Below are positions 16,014 through 24,842 of a DNA stretch of 27,441 nt, in pieces; position 1 is the stretch's first letter, and the number at the start of each line of letters is the position of its first letter. The notes beneath the pieces are model-generated. The model searched no databases. It saw only the letters and a program-made list of their open reading frames with translations, and was not told where the DNA came from. The translations under genes were made by a program, and so were the position numbers. Origin of the DNA: Candidatus Methylomirabilia bacterium. GTDB taxonomy: Bacteria > Methylomirabilota > Methylomirabilia > Rokubacteriales > CSP1-6. The stretch covers positions 1 through 27,441 of the forward strand of contig JBGQHJ010000058.1 of assembly GCA_041497895.1 (NCBI GenBank). The letters are read 5' to 3'.

Positions 16014-19000
16014 GCGCCCTCAGCCGCCGGTACGCTTCGAGCGGGTCGTTGGCGCCGTTGTCGATCTTCGCCTTCGCCCGCTCGGCGGCGCCGGGCCCGC
16101 ACGCCCGGCCGAACTCGCAGAAGCGGCAGTCCTCGTCCTGGTTCGGCGAGTGGACGAAGGCGCCCGCGGCGAGCAGGTCGAAGAGATCGCGCAGCACCGC
16201 CGCGACCAGCGCCTGGGTGGAGGCCGGCCGCACCTGCCGCTCGCGCCGGCCCCGCGTGGTGGGGAAGTAGTACGAGCCGACCACGCGCGCCTGCCCGTCG
16301 CGCTCGCGCAGCAGCTCGGCGGCGGCGAGGGCGTAGAGCGCGTGCTGGAGCTGTCGCCCGCCTGCGAAGGTGGCGTCGAGCCCGCCGGGCAGGAACGCGC
16401 TCCCGGTCTTGTAGTCGACGACCTCGTAGGTGCCGTCGGCCAGCCGGTCGATGCGATCCATGCGGCCGCGCAGCGGGAAGCGAAGCCCGTCGCCCAGGTC
16501 GATGGTGATCGGCTCCCGCCTGCCGAGCGCCTCGCCCTCGGTCGCGCCGCCGAAGGCCACCTCGAAGCCGAGCGGCCGGCGCTCGCGACGGTCCTCGGCC
16601 TCGAACTTGAGGAAGAGGGTCAGGTCGATCTGCAGCTCGCGGGCCTCCCGGTCGAAGACGCCGTCCGACGGAGGCGGGACCAGCGCCCGGTGCTCGGCCA
16701 GGGCCTGCTCGCCCAGCGCGCGCAGCCGGGCCCCGTGCCGGGCCGGATCGGGGGTCTCATTCCGGTCCCGGATCTCGCGCATGATCGTCGCGTAGAGATC
16801 GTGCAGGATCGATCCGCGGGTCATCGGATCGAGCCACAAGTCGGGATTGGGCTCCGAATCGTCGATGGGATCGAGCCCGAGCCCGCGCTGGAGGAAATAG
16901 CGGAACGGACACTTGGCGAGATCCTCGAGGCTGGTGGGCGACACGACCGCGCCCGACACGCGTGGATCCAGACGCCGCCCGGCCTCCGGCACGAGCCCGT
17001 CGTGGGCGGTGAAAGCGTCGGAGGCCCGCGCGGCCTCGGCCGCGGCGCCCCGCGCCAGGTCGGGGAAGCCCTCCCGCACCGCCGGGAGCGCGGAGGCGTC
17101 GGCCCGTCGCAGGCTCGCGAGCCACCAGCCCGCGTCGCTCAGCGCCTGGCCCGGCTCGGCCGGCACCGCGGAGACGGGCTCGCCCAGCTCCTTCACCAGC
17201 CGGTCGTAGGTCCAGCTCTCCCCGGGCTTCAGCACGCGTACCGCCTGCAGCAGGAGCCAGGACGGGAACGTCTCGCGCGCCTGTCGCAGGTCGCGGCAGG
17301 AGTAGCTCAGGCAGACGCGGCCGCCCAGGCTGCCCAGGCGAGACACGATGCGGTAGAGCGCCTCGCCAACGCGGTCCTCCGAGGTGCGCAGCGCGGGGTC
17401 GACGCGCGTTCGCTCCGCGTCGAGCAGCACCGGATCCTCCACCAGCGCGGGGAACACGCCGCCCTCCTCGAGGGCGATCACGAACGTGCGTGGCCGCCCG
17501 GCGTGGCCCGCGTCGGCCAGGGTGGTGACGTGCAAATGCCCCGGCCGCGCGCGGTCGCCGCCCACCGTGAGGCCCTCGAGGCGCCCGCGGATCAGCGCGA
17601 GGGCGTCGGACGCCGGGCGCGCCAGGTCGCCGAGCGCCCGCAGGTCCGCGAGCGCCTCGCTGAGCGCCACCGCGGCCTCGCCGTCCAGCTCGCTGGCCTT
17701 CCGCGCGAAGGCCTTCACGAACGTGACGGCCGCGTCGAGCCACTGCCAGAGCGGCGCGACGCCCTGCTCGGGCACGAGGGCCAGCAGGGCATCGGTCCAT
17801 CTCTTGAGCCGCGCGGCCTGCTCGCCCCGCTCACGGTACCGGGCCCGCTCCTCGTCGGCGCGCTCGGGATCGTCCGCCCGGGCCTCCCAGCTCTCGGTCA
17901 GGCGACCGAGCGCGGCCGCGTACGTCTGCCGGCCCCACGTGGCCTGGGCCCGCGCCAGCAGTCGCGCGGCCTGGCCCGCGGTCAGCCCGTCGGCGTCGAG
18001 GCGCACATCGCCCGACTGGAGCATGCGCCGCAGCCGGCTCGCGGCGAGTCCGCCCGCCACCCACTCGCCGAAGGCGAGCAGCGCCCGTCCCGGCCGGGTG
18101 AGCGCGACCGGGATGCCCGGCCCGATCGTCACCGGCCACTCGTGGCGCTGCGCCTTCTCCCAGACCATCGCGGCCTGCTCCGGCATGGGGCAGGCGATCT
18201 CCACGTGGTCGAGCGGCTCGCCGCTCCGGGCGATGCGGCGGAGCACCTCCTCCACCTCGGCCTCCCGGCCGCCCGCGCAGAACATCATGAGCGTGGCGTC
18301 GCTCGCCGGCCCGCCCGTCGGGCTCATCAGCAGCGCCAGTCGCTCGGCGTTCGAGGCCGGCGCGGGCGAGACCGCCTCCATGGGGCCGGCGAGGCTCGTC
18401 ATTCGCCGTGGCACGTCCAGGCCGGGCAGGTCCAGGGCCCGCGGGATCACGCGGGTGCCGGGGAGCGCATCCAGCAGCCGGCGCTCGAGCGGACCGCAGA
18501 TGACGGTCGGCAGCTCGACGCGGAGATCGGCGGCCTGGATCGGGCAGACGTCCAGGTGGAGTAGGGCCTCGTGGTAGACGAGGGCTCGGTCGGCGAGCCG
18601 CCGCTCCGCCAGGTGCTGCTCGTAGCCGGCGAGCAGCGCCCGCAGCTCCGCGTGTTTGCGCTCGCTCGCGAAGGCCTCACGCGGCAAGGCCGCCGCGGTG
18701 ACGCCGGCCATGCGCAGCTCGGCGATCGTGGCCCATAGCGCGTCCGCCATCTGCGGCTGCTCCGCCAGGTCGCGGAAGTAGACCGGCACCGTGGACGGCA
18801 GCTCGAGCAGGAGGCGCATGATCAGGGCGGGCCCGATGCCGTCGGGCGCGGGATCGACGCCGCGCTCCACCAGGAAGGGCGCGGCCATCGGCAGGGCCAG
18901 GTCGAGCGGCGTGGTGAAACGTACGTTCGACCAGCCGGTGCCCGCGAGGGCGAGCCGCTCGCCCAGCGTGTGGCCGAGGGTGTGGGTGGGCACGATCACC

Positions 19001-19062
19001 CACTTGGCGCGGGTGAGCTCCGCGCGGCAGAGCTCGGCGAGCTGGGTGAGGAATGGGCTCAT
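16006..19062 (-). CDS. addB: AddB-type inactive-helicase / PD-(D/E)XK nuclease subunit with Fe-S staple
   Basis: Start MSPFLTQL at 19062. Motifs KCPFRYF, RGSILH, GRMDRID, VVDYKTG, QHALY and C-terminal CRFCEFGRAC (1+3 Cys). 8-nt overlap with addA. Confidence 0.88.
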   Translation of the reverse strand: MSPFLTQLAELCRAELTRAKWVIVPTHTLGHTLGERLALAGTGWSNVRFTTPLDLALPMAAPFLVERGVDPAPDGIGPALIMRLLLELPSTVPVYFRDLAEQPQMADALWATIAELRMAGVTAAALPREAFASERKHAELRALLAGYEQHLAERRLADRALVYHEALLHLDVCPIQAADLRVELPTVICGPLERRLLDALPGTRVIPRALDLPGLDVPRRMTSLAGPMEAVSPAPASNAERLALLMSPTGGPASDATLMMFCAGGREAEVEEVLRRIARSGEPLDHVEIACPMPEQAAMVWEKAQRHEWPVTIGPGIPVALTRPGRALLAFGEWVAGGLAASRLRRMLQSGDVRLDADGLTAGQAARLLARAQATWGRQTYAAALGRLTESWEARADDPERADEERARYRERGEQAARLKRWTDALLALVPEQGVAPLWQWLDAAVTFVKAFARKASELDGEAAVALSEALADLRALGDLARPASDALALIRGRLEGLTVGGDRARPGHLHVTTLADAGHAGRPRTFVIALEEGGVFPALVEDPVLLDAERTRVDPALRTSEDRVGEALYRIVSRLGSLGGRVCLSYSCRDLRQARETFPSWLLLQAVRVLKPGESWTYDRLVKELGEPVSAVPAEPGQALSDAGWWLASLRRADASALPAVREGFPDLARGAAAEAARASDAFTAHDGLVPEAGRRLDPRVSGAVVSPTSLEDLAKCPFRYFLQRGLGLDPIDDSEPNPDLWLDPMTRGSILHDLYATIMREIRDRNETPDPARHGARLRALGEQALAEHRALVPPPSDGVFDREARELQIDLTLFLKFEAEDRRERRPLGFEVAFGGATEGEALGRREPITIDLGDGLRFPLRGRMDRIDRLADGTYEVVDYKTGSAFLPGGLDATFAGGRQLQHALYALAAAELLRERDGQARVVGSYYFPTTRGRRERQVRPASTQALVAAVLRDLFDLLAAGAFVHSPNQDEDCRFCEFGRACGPGAAERAKAKIDNGANDPLEAYRRLRAHE

Positions 19063-19157
19063 CCAACGCAATCTATGTGCGCCATGACCCGAAGTCCAGC
19101 GAGGACCGGTCGCCGAACTCCCGCCTCGCGCCCGCTGTCCGCGGTACAGTTCACCGC
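19063..19157. promoter_or_regulatory. Divergent promoter region between addB and the DUF1614 gene, both apparently leaderless
   Basis: Minus strand: TGGACT (19098-19093), 17 nt, TAGATT (19075-19070), 7 nt, ATG. Plus strand: TACAGT (19145-19150), 7 nt, ATG 19158. Confidence 0.5.
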
Positions 19158-19829
19158 ATGATCCTCCTCCCGGTGGCGGTCCCGCTGCTGCTCCTGCTGC
19201 TGGTCTTCTTGCTCGTGGTCTTCGTGGTGCTGGTGGAGCTGCGGGTCCTGTCCTACGCGTACCGGAAGATCGGGATCCCGGCGCGCGACGTCTTCCTGAT
19301 CCTGGTGCTGACCCTCGTCGGGAGCCACGTGAACATCCCGCTCTACTCCGTGCCCGCCCGGCAGATCGTGGTCCCGCAGACGGTCTGGCGGTTCGGCCAG
19401 CCGTACGCCGTCCCGGAGGTGGTCCAGCAGGGCGCGACAATCGTGGCGATCAACGTGGGCGGTGCCCTGATCCCCGCCCTGCTCTCGATCTACCTCTTCT
19501 TTCGCACACGGATGCCGGGCCGCATGCTGCTCGGCACCGCGGTGGTCGCGCTGGTGGTGCACCAGCTGGCCCGCGTGGTCCCCGGGGTGGGGATCGCGGT
19601 GCCGATGCTGCTGCCGCCGCTCCTGGCCGCGGGGGTGGCCCTGATCCTCGCCTTCCGCCGGGCGCCCGCGCTGGCCTACGTCGCGGGCAGCATGGGCGCG
19701 CTGATCGGCGGCGACCTGCTGAACCTGGGCCGCGTGGCGGAGATGGGCGCGCCCATGCTCTCGATCGGCGGGGCGGGGACCTTCGACGGCGTGTTCCTCA
19801 CCGGGATTTTGGCCGGCCTCCTCGCCTGA
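19158..19829 (+). CDS. DUF1614 family membrane protein
   Basis: GSHVNIP, AINVGGALIP, VPGVGI, LAYVAGSMGALIGGDLLNL, SIGGAGTFDGVFLTGILA; multiple TM segments. Confidence 0.88.
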   Translation: MILLPVAVPLLLLLLVFLLVVFVVLVELRVLSYAYRKIGIPARDVFLILVLTLVGSHVNIPLYSVPARQIVVPQTVWRFGQPYAVPEVVQQGATIVAINVGGALIPALLSIYLFFRTRMPGRMLLGTAVVALVVHQLARVVPGVGIAVPMLLPPLLAAGVALILAFRRAPALAYVAGSMGALIGGDLLNLGRVAEMGAPMLSIGGAGTFDGVFLTGILAGLLA

Positions 19830-19859
19830 GGTTGCGCCGGGCGGGCTCGAGCCGTATGG

Positions 19860-20468
19860 TCAGGGGGCCTTCGGCACGCGACGATTCCACCGCACCGCGT
19901 AGACGACGAGGCCGCCGGCCAGCGCGGCGAGCGCGGCGAGCGCCAGCCAGCGCTCCACCCGGTGCACGTCGGCCAGGACGGCGCCGATCTGGTGGGTGAA
20001 GAAGTAGGCGAGCCCGAAGGCGAGCGGCACGCTCACCAGCGCGGCGCCCGCGTCGGCCAGGACGAACTTCCAGAACGGCACCCGCGCGATGCCCGCGGTC
20101 AGGAGCGCGGCGGCGCGCAGTCCGGCCACGTGGCGGGCCATGGCCACCGTCTTCATGGCGTGCTCGCGGTACGCGGCGGTGAGCCGCTCGGCGCGCGGGG
20201 GTGTCAGCACCCAGGAGACCACGCGCCACCCGAGGACCCGCGCCCCCCAGCGCCGGCCCGTCCAGTAGAGCACCATGTCGCCGGAGAGCACGCCCAGGAG
20301 GCACACCGGCAGCGCCAGCCACCACCGTGCCAGGCCCTCGTGGCTCAGGATGCCCGCCGCGACGATCGGCATCTCCTCCGGGATCGGCACGCCAAGACTG
20401 CCGAGCAGCAGGGTGGCCAGGATGCCCAGGTACGTGAAGCGCGCGAGGAGCTCCTGGAGGATTGCCAT
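19860..20468 (-). CDS. DedA family membrane protein
   Basis: LGVPIPEE, GDMVLYWTGRRWG, ARHVAGLR, AGIARVPFWKFVLAD. GGGAG RBS. Confidence 0.9.
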   Translation of the reverse strand: MAILQELLARFTYLGILATLLLGSLGVPIPEEMPIVAAGILSHEGLARWWLALPVCLLGVLSGDMVLYWTGRRWGARVLGWRVVSWVLTPPRAERLTAAYREHAMKTVAMARHVAGLRAAALLTAGIARVPFWKFVLADAGAALVSVPLAFGLAYFFTHQIGAVLADVHRVERWLALAALAALAGGLVVYAVRWNRRVPKAP

Positions 20469-20486
20469 GCTCCCGGCCCCCGAAGG

Positions 20487-20885
20487 CTAGGGCTCCGCCG
20501 GAGCCACCTCGACGTAGAGCTCGACCTCGTGGCCGTCGGGATCGCGCACGCAGAAGCACGGGGTGCGCCCGTCCGCCTGCTCCCCGAACGGCACCAGGCC
20601 GCGCGCCGCGCACTCGGCGCGGGCGGCCTCGAGGTCCTGGCGCGAGCGGCCGACGCAGAACGCGATGTGGTAGAGCCCGGGCGCGCCCCTGGGAAGCGTC
20701 GCCCCCTCGGTGCGGGCGACCTCCAGCGAGACGTCGTGGTGATGGACGCCCGCGGACAGGAAGGCGATGCGCCCGCCCTTGCCCCGCCCGGTCTCGCGCA
20801 GGCCGAGGAGATCCCGGTAGAAGGCGACCGAGGCGTCGAGGTCGCGGACGAAGAGCGAGACGTGGCCCAGCTCGGTGATCCGCAT
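20487..20885 (-). CDS. VOC (glyoxalase/extradiol dioxygenase) family protein
   Basis: LGHVSLFVRDLDASVAFYRDLLGL, HHDVSL, GLYHIAF, DPDGHEVELY. Confidence 0.9.
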   Translation of the reverse strand: MRITELGHVSLFVRDLDASVAFYRDLLGLRETGRGKGGRIAFLSAGVHHHDVSLEVARTEGATLPRGAPGLYHIAFCVGRSRQDLEAARAECAARGLVPFGEQADGRTPCFCVRDPDGHEVELYVEVAPAEP

Positions 20886-20933
20886 GGTACGCCTACCCTA
20901 GCACGGGCGCCGGGGGGCCCCGGCCCGAGCCCT

Positions 20934-20963
20934 TTGACACGGAGTCGGGCGTGCGCCTAGACT
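20934..20963 (+). promoter_or_regulatory. sigma70 promoter for the plus-strand cluster
   Basis: Consensus TTGACA (20934-20939), 18-nt spacer, TAGACT (20958-20963). SD AAGGAGAGGAG precedes ATG 20996. Confidence 0.65.
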
Positions 20964-20995
20964 CCCGGCAACTCGCGATCAAGGAGAGGAGACCC

Positions 20996-22108
20996 ATGCT
21001 CTTCACGTGTCCAGCCAACGCCGCCCGGGGCGGGGGGCCGCGGGCCGGCGCCGCCGGCCGCCGCCCCTTCTGCGTCGACATCCATTGCCATGTGCACCAT
21101 CCGGCCGCGGACGAGATGGTCAAGCATCTGCTCTCGCCCGGCCGCGAGCCCTCGGCCCGCTTCTCGAACGACCTCTCCCGGGCCACCAACCGCAAGCAGA
21201 TGGAGAACGTCTGGTCGTGCCTCACCTCGGTGGAGCAGCGGCTCCGCGACATGGACAAGATGGGTATGGACGTCCAGGCCATCTCGCCGTCGCCCTTCCA
21301 CTTCATGTACTGGCTCGAGCCCGAGCTGGCGCGGAAGGTGAGCCGCTCGGTGAACGAGCACCTGGCCTCCATCGTGAAGGCGCATCCCGACCGCTTCGTC
21401 GCGCTCGCCCACGTGCCCCTGCAGGCGCCCGACCTCGCGGCCGAGGAGCTGCAGTACTGCATGACCAAGCTTGGCTTCCGGGGCGCCGAGATCGGCACCA
21501 ACGTGGTCGGCGCGGAGGTCTCGCGGGGCCGCGACCAGTTCTGGAGCCGAGCCCAGGAGCTCGACGCGGTCGTCTTCATGCACCCGAACGGCTTCACCCA
21601 TGGCGAGCGGCTGGCCGACCACTACTTCACCAACGTCATCGGCAACCCGCTCGACACCACCGTCGCGCTCGGTCATCTCGTCTTCGACGGGGTGCTCGAG
21701 CGGTTCCCGAAGCTCAAGCTGGTTGCCGCGCACGGCGGTGGGTATATCGCGCACTACCCCGCGCGGATGGATCACGTGTGGGGCGCGCGGGTCGACGCGC
21801 GGACGGTGCTGAAGAACACCCCGCGCCGGTCGCTGGCCCGGGTCTACTTCGACACGATCGTCTTCGACCGGACCCAGCTCGAGCACCTGGTGAACCTGTG
21901 GGGCGCCGACCACGTGCTCGTCGGCACCGACTATCCTTACGACATGGGGATGTACGACCCGCGGGGTTTCGTGGGAGGCGCCGCCCTCAAGCCGGCGGAC
22001 AAGGCGAAGATCCTGGGCCTCAACGCGGCCCGGCTGCTCAAGATCAAGGCACCCGGCCCGCGGAAGGCGGGGCGGGCCAAGCCGGGGCGGGCGCGCGGCG
22101 GGCGATAG
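20996..22108 (+). CDS. Amidohydrolase_2 family protein (ACMSD-like non-oxidative decarboxylase/hydratase)
   Basis: VDIHCH, RLRDMD, HPDRF, VPLQAP, FMHP, GNPLDTT, AHGGG, YFDT, GTDYPYDM. Strong RBS before ATG 20996. Confidence 0.92.
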   Translation: MLFTCPANAARGGGPRAGAAGRRPFCVDIHCHVHHPAADEMVKHLLSPGREPSARFSNDLSRATNRKQMENVWSCLTSVEQRLRDMDKMGMDVQAISPSPFHFMYWLEPELARKVSRSVNEHLASIVKAHPDRFVALAHVPLQAPDLAAEELQYCMTKLGFRGAEIGTNVVGAEVSRGRDQFWSRAQELDAVVFMHPNGFTHGERLADHYFTNVIGNPLDTTVALGHLVFDGVLERFPKLKLVAAHGGGYIAHYPARMDHVWGARVDARTVLKNTPRRSLARVYFDTIVFDRTQLEHLVNLWGADHVLVGTDYPYDMGMYDPRGFVGGAALKPADKAKILGLNAARLLKIKAPGPRKAGRAKPGRARGGR

Positions 22109-22163
22109 GAGTATTCTTCGGGCCGTCGGAGCGGCGGTCGCGCTCGGACGCGGGAGGAGACAC

Positions 22164-22703
22164 ATGGCGAGAGTGCTGGGGCTGGGCCACGTCGGGATCT
22201 ACGTGCGTGACCTCGACCGGATGGTCTCGTTCTACCGGGACGTCATGGGCATGCGGGTGACCAAGCAGAACCGGCGCGCCGGCGTCGTGTTCCTGAGCGC
22301 GGATCCGGAGTCGGTGGACCACGAGATCGCGCTCATGGGCGGCCGGCCCGACCCCGCCGATCCCCACCTCATCAACCAGATCTCGATGCGGGTCGGGAGC
22401 CTCGACGACCTCCGCGCGATGCGCCGGCGCCTGGTCGCGGACGGCTACCGCATCGAGGGTATCGTCAATCACGCCAGCGCGATCGGCTGCTACTTCTTCG
22501 ATCCCGAGGGCAATCGCACCGAGGTGTTCTGGGTGACCGGCCGGCCGTGCTGGGTGCCGACCGCCACCCCCATCGATATCGATCAGCCGGACGAGACCGT
22601 CCTCGCCGAGGTCGACCGCATCTGGAACCAGCTCCGCCACGTCCCGGTCGGCGGGCGGATGAGCGAGGAGAGCGCCACCGTCGAGGTGACCCGGCAGCCC
22701 TAG
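22164..22703 (+). CDS. VOC family protein
   Basis: LGHVGIYVRDLDRMVSFYRDVMG, DHEIAL, YFFDPEGNRTEVF. GGAGGAG RBS. Confidence 0.9.
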   Translation: MARVLGLGHVGIYVRDLDRMVSFYRDVMGMRVTKQNRRAGVVFLSADPESVDHEIALMGGRPDPADPHLINQISMRVGSLDDLRAMRRRLVADGYRIEGIVNHASAIGCYFFDPEGNRTEVFWVTGRPCWVPTATPIDIDQPDETVLAEVDRIWNQLRHVPVGGRMSEESATVEVTRQP

Positions 22704-22726
22704 CCCCTTCTCCACAGGAGGCAGCA

Positions 22727-23962
22727 ATGTCGCTGACACTCAGCCGCCGTTCCTTCCTGGCCGGTAGCACGATTCTCGCCGCAGGAGCCGCAGGGCTGCC
22801 CACGGCCCGGGCGCAGGGCAAGCCCGTGCGCATCGGCCTCCTCACCGTGAAGACCGGACCCCTCGCCGCGGGCGGCATCCAGATGGAGCAGGGGATGCTC
22901 CGGTTCCTCAAGGACCGGAACAACACGATGGCCGGCCGCAAGGTCGAGCTCGTGGTGGGCGACACCGGCGGCAACCCGGCGGGGGCCAAGACCAAGACCC
23001 AGGAGCTGATCGAGCGCGACCACGTGGACATGATCTTCGGCCCGCTCGCCGCCTTCGAGCTCCTCGCGATCAGCGAGTACGCCGCTGCCGCCAAGACCCC
23101 GATCCTGAGCCTCGCGGCCGCCGAGGACATGACCCAGCGCAAGCCCAATCCCTACTTCGTGCGGGCCTCCGCCACCGCGGCGCAGAACATGCACGCGCTG
23201 GCCGACTACGCCGCGAAGGAGCTCAAGCTCAAGAGCGTGATCACGATCTCGGAAGACTTCGCGTTCGGCCACGAGCAGATGGGCGGCTTCCAGCGCGTCT
23301 TCGAGGACGCGGGGGGGCGGGTCGTGAAGAAGCTGTGGCCGCCGATCGTGACCCCGGACTACACGCCCTACCTCGCGCAGATCAGCGGGGTGGACGCGGT
23401 CGTCCAGGGGTTCGCGGGATCCAATCCCCTCAAGTTCATGAAGCAGTACCGCGACCAGGGCCTGAAGCTGCCGGTGCTGGGGGGCGGGCCGGCCGGCGAC
23501 GACGCGCTGCTCAAGAGCTTCGGCGACGAGGTGGTCGGCATGATCACGTGCTCCGCCTATACCGGCGACCTCGACACCCCGAGCAACAAGCGGCTCATCG
23601 ACGGCATGGTGCGCGACTACGGCAACATTCCCGGGCTCTACGCGGCGGGGCTCTACATCAACGGCATGGTGGCGGAGGCGGCCCTCGAGAAGACGGGCGG
23701 GAAGACGGACGACAAGGAGGCGCTGATCCGGGCCCTGCGCGCGGTCTCGCTCACCGACACCCCGCGCGGCCCCTTCCACTTCGACCACCTCGGCAACGTG
23801 GTGGGCAACTTCTACATCCGGCGATGCGAGCGGAAGGGCGACAAGCTCGTCAACACCACGATCAAGACCTATCCGAACGTGAGCCAGTTCTGGACCTACG
23901 ACGAGAAGTGGTTCCTCGCGCAGCCGGTCTACTCGCGGGACTATCCGCCGCTCAAGAGCTGA
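22727..23962 (+). CDS. Liv-type (branched-chain amino acid / aromatic acid) ABC substrate-binding protein, Tat-exported
   Basis: ATG 22727 after AGGAGG. Tat motif SRRSFL with ARA cleavage site, then IGLL, GRKVEL, DFAFGHE, DYTPYL, TPRGPF. Confidence 0.92.
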   Translation: MSLTLSRRSFLAGSTILAAGAAGLPTARAQGKPVRIGLLTVKTGPLAAGGIQMEQGMLRFLKDRNNTMAGRKVELVVGDTGGNPAGAKTKTQELIERDHVDMIFGPLAAFELLAISEYAAAAKTPILSLAAAEDMTQRKPNPYFVRASATAAQNMHALADYAAKELKLKSVITISEDFAFGHEQMGGFQRVFEDAGGRVVKKLWPPIVTPDYTPYLAQISGVDAVVQGFAGSNPLKFMKQYRDQGLKLPVLGGGPAGDDALLKSFGDEVVGMITCSAYTGDLDTPSNKRLIDGMVRDYGNIPGLYAAGLYINGMVAEAALEKTGGKTDDKEALIRALRAVSLTDTPRGPFHFDHLGNVVGNFYIRRCERKGDKLVNTTIKTYPNVSQFWTYDEKWFLAQPVYSRDYPPLKS

Positions 23963-23981
23963 GCGCGGCCCCGGTCCCGTC

Positions 23982-24842
23982 GTGAGCCTCTGGCTCGTGC
24001 TGGCGGTCAACAGCGTCACGCTCGGCGGCCTGCTCTTCCTGCTGTCCGCCGGGTTCTCGCTGATCTTCGGGCTCATGCGGATCCCGAACTTGACCCACGG
24101 GTCGTTCTTCATGCTGGGCGGCTACTTCGCGGCCAGCCTCATCGAGTGGGGCCTCGGCTTCTGGCCCGCGGCGGTGGTCAGCGGGCTGCTGGTCGCCGCG
24201 CTCGGGGGCGTGGTGGAGCGGCTCATCCTGCGCCGGCTGGCCGGCGCGGAGCTGGCGCAGGTCCTGGTGACCCTGGGGCTCTCCTTCATGATCGCGGACG
24301 TGTGCCTGAAGGTGTGGACCGGCGATCCGATCCGGATCGACACGCCGCGCGCGCTGCAGGGCGCGACCTCGCTCGGAGGCTTCGCGTTTCCCACCTACCG
24401 GCTCGCGATCAGCCTCATCGCGGTGGCCTTCGCGGTGGCGCTGTGGGCGCTGCTCGACCGGACCCGGCTCGGCGCGATGATCCGGGCCGGCGTCGACGAT
24501 CCGGAGATGGCCCGGGTGGCCGGCATCCGGGTCTCGCACCTCTTCACGCTCGTCTTCTGCCTGGGCGCGTGGCTCGCCGGGTTCGCCGGCGTCATCGGCG
24601 GGCCGATCCTCTCCGTCTACCCCGGCCTCGACCAGGAGATGCTCCCGCTCGCCCTCGTGGTGGTCATCCTCGGGGGCAGCGGCAGCCTCCTGGGCTCGCT
24701 GGTCGGCAGCTTCATCGTCGGGTTCCTCTACAACTTCGGCCAGGCGATGTTCCCCGAGCTGGCCTACGTGGTGCTGTTCCTCCCCATGCTCCTCGTCCTG
24801 GTGGTGCGCCCCCAGGGCCTCTTCGGGCGGCCGGCGGTGTGA
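23982..24842 (+). CDS. Branched-chain amino acid ABC permease (LivH-like)
   Basis: GFSLIFGLMRIPNLTHGSFFMLG, RTRLGAMIRA, VVILGG, RPQGLFG. Confidence 0.93.
   Translation: MSLWLVLAVNSVTLGGLLFLLSAGFSLIFGLMRIPNLTHGSFFMLGGYFAASLIEWGLGFWPAAVVSGLLVAALGGVVERLILRRLAGAELAQVLVTLGLSFMIADVCLKVWTGDPIRIDTPRALQGATSLGGFAFPTYRLAISLIAVAFAVALWALLDRTRLGAMIRAGVDDPEMARVAGIRVSHLFTLVFCLGAWLAGFAGVIGGPILSVYPGLDQEMLPLALVVVILGGSGSLLGSLVGSFIVGFLYNFGQAMFPELAYVVLFLPMLLVLVVRPQGLFGRPAV

Noticed and set aside
7027..18564. Very long alternative-frame or antisense ORFs (e.g. 7027-9447 +, 14004-16508 +, 15913-18564 +, 13930-15906 -)
   Set aside because: Shadow ORFs expected in very GC-rich DNA: they overlap well-supported genes, are Arg/Gly/Ala/Pro-rich and have no family motifs.
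12819..19062. Helicase plus Cas4-like Fe-S nuclease as a CRISPR or anti-phage defence system
   Set aside because: Gene order, sizes and motifs fit housekeeping AddAB; no repeat-spacer array, cas genes or defence-island context.
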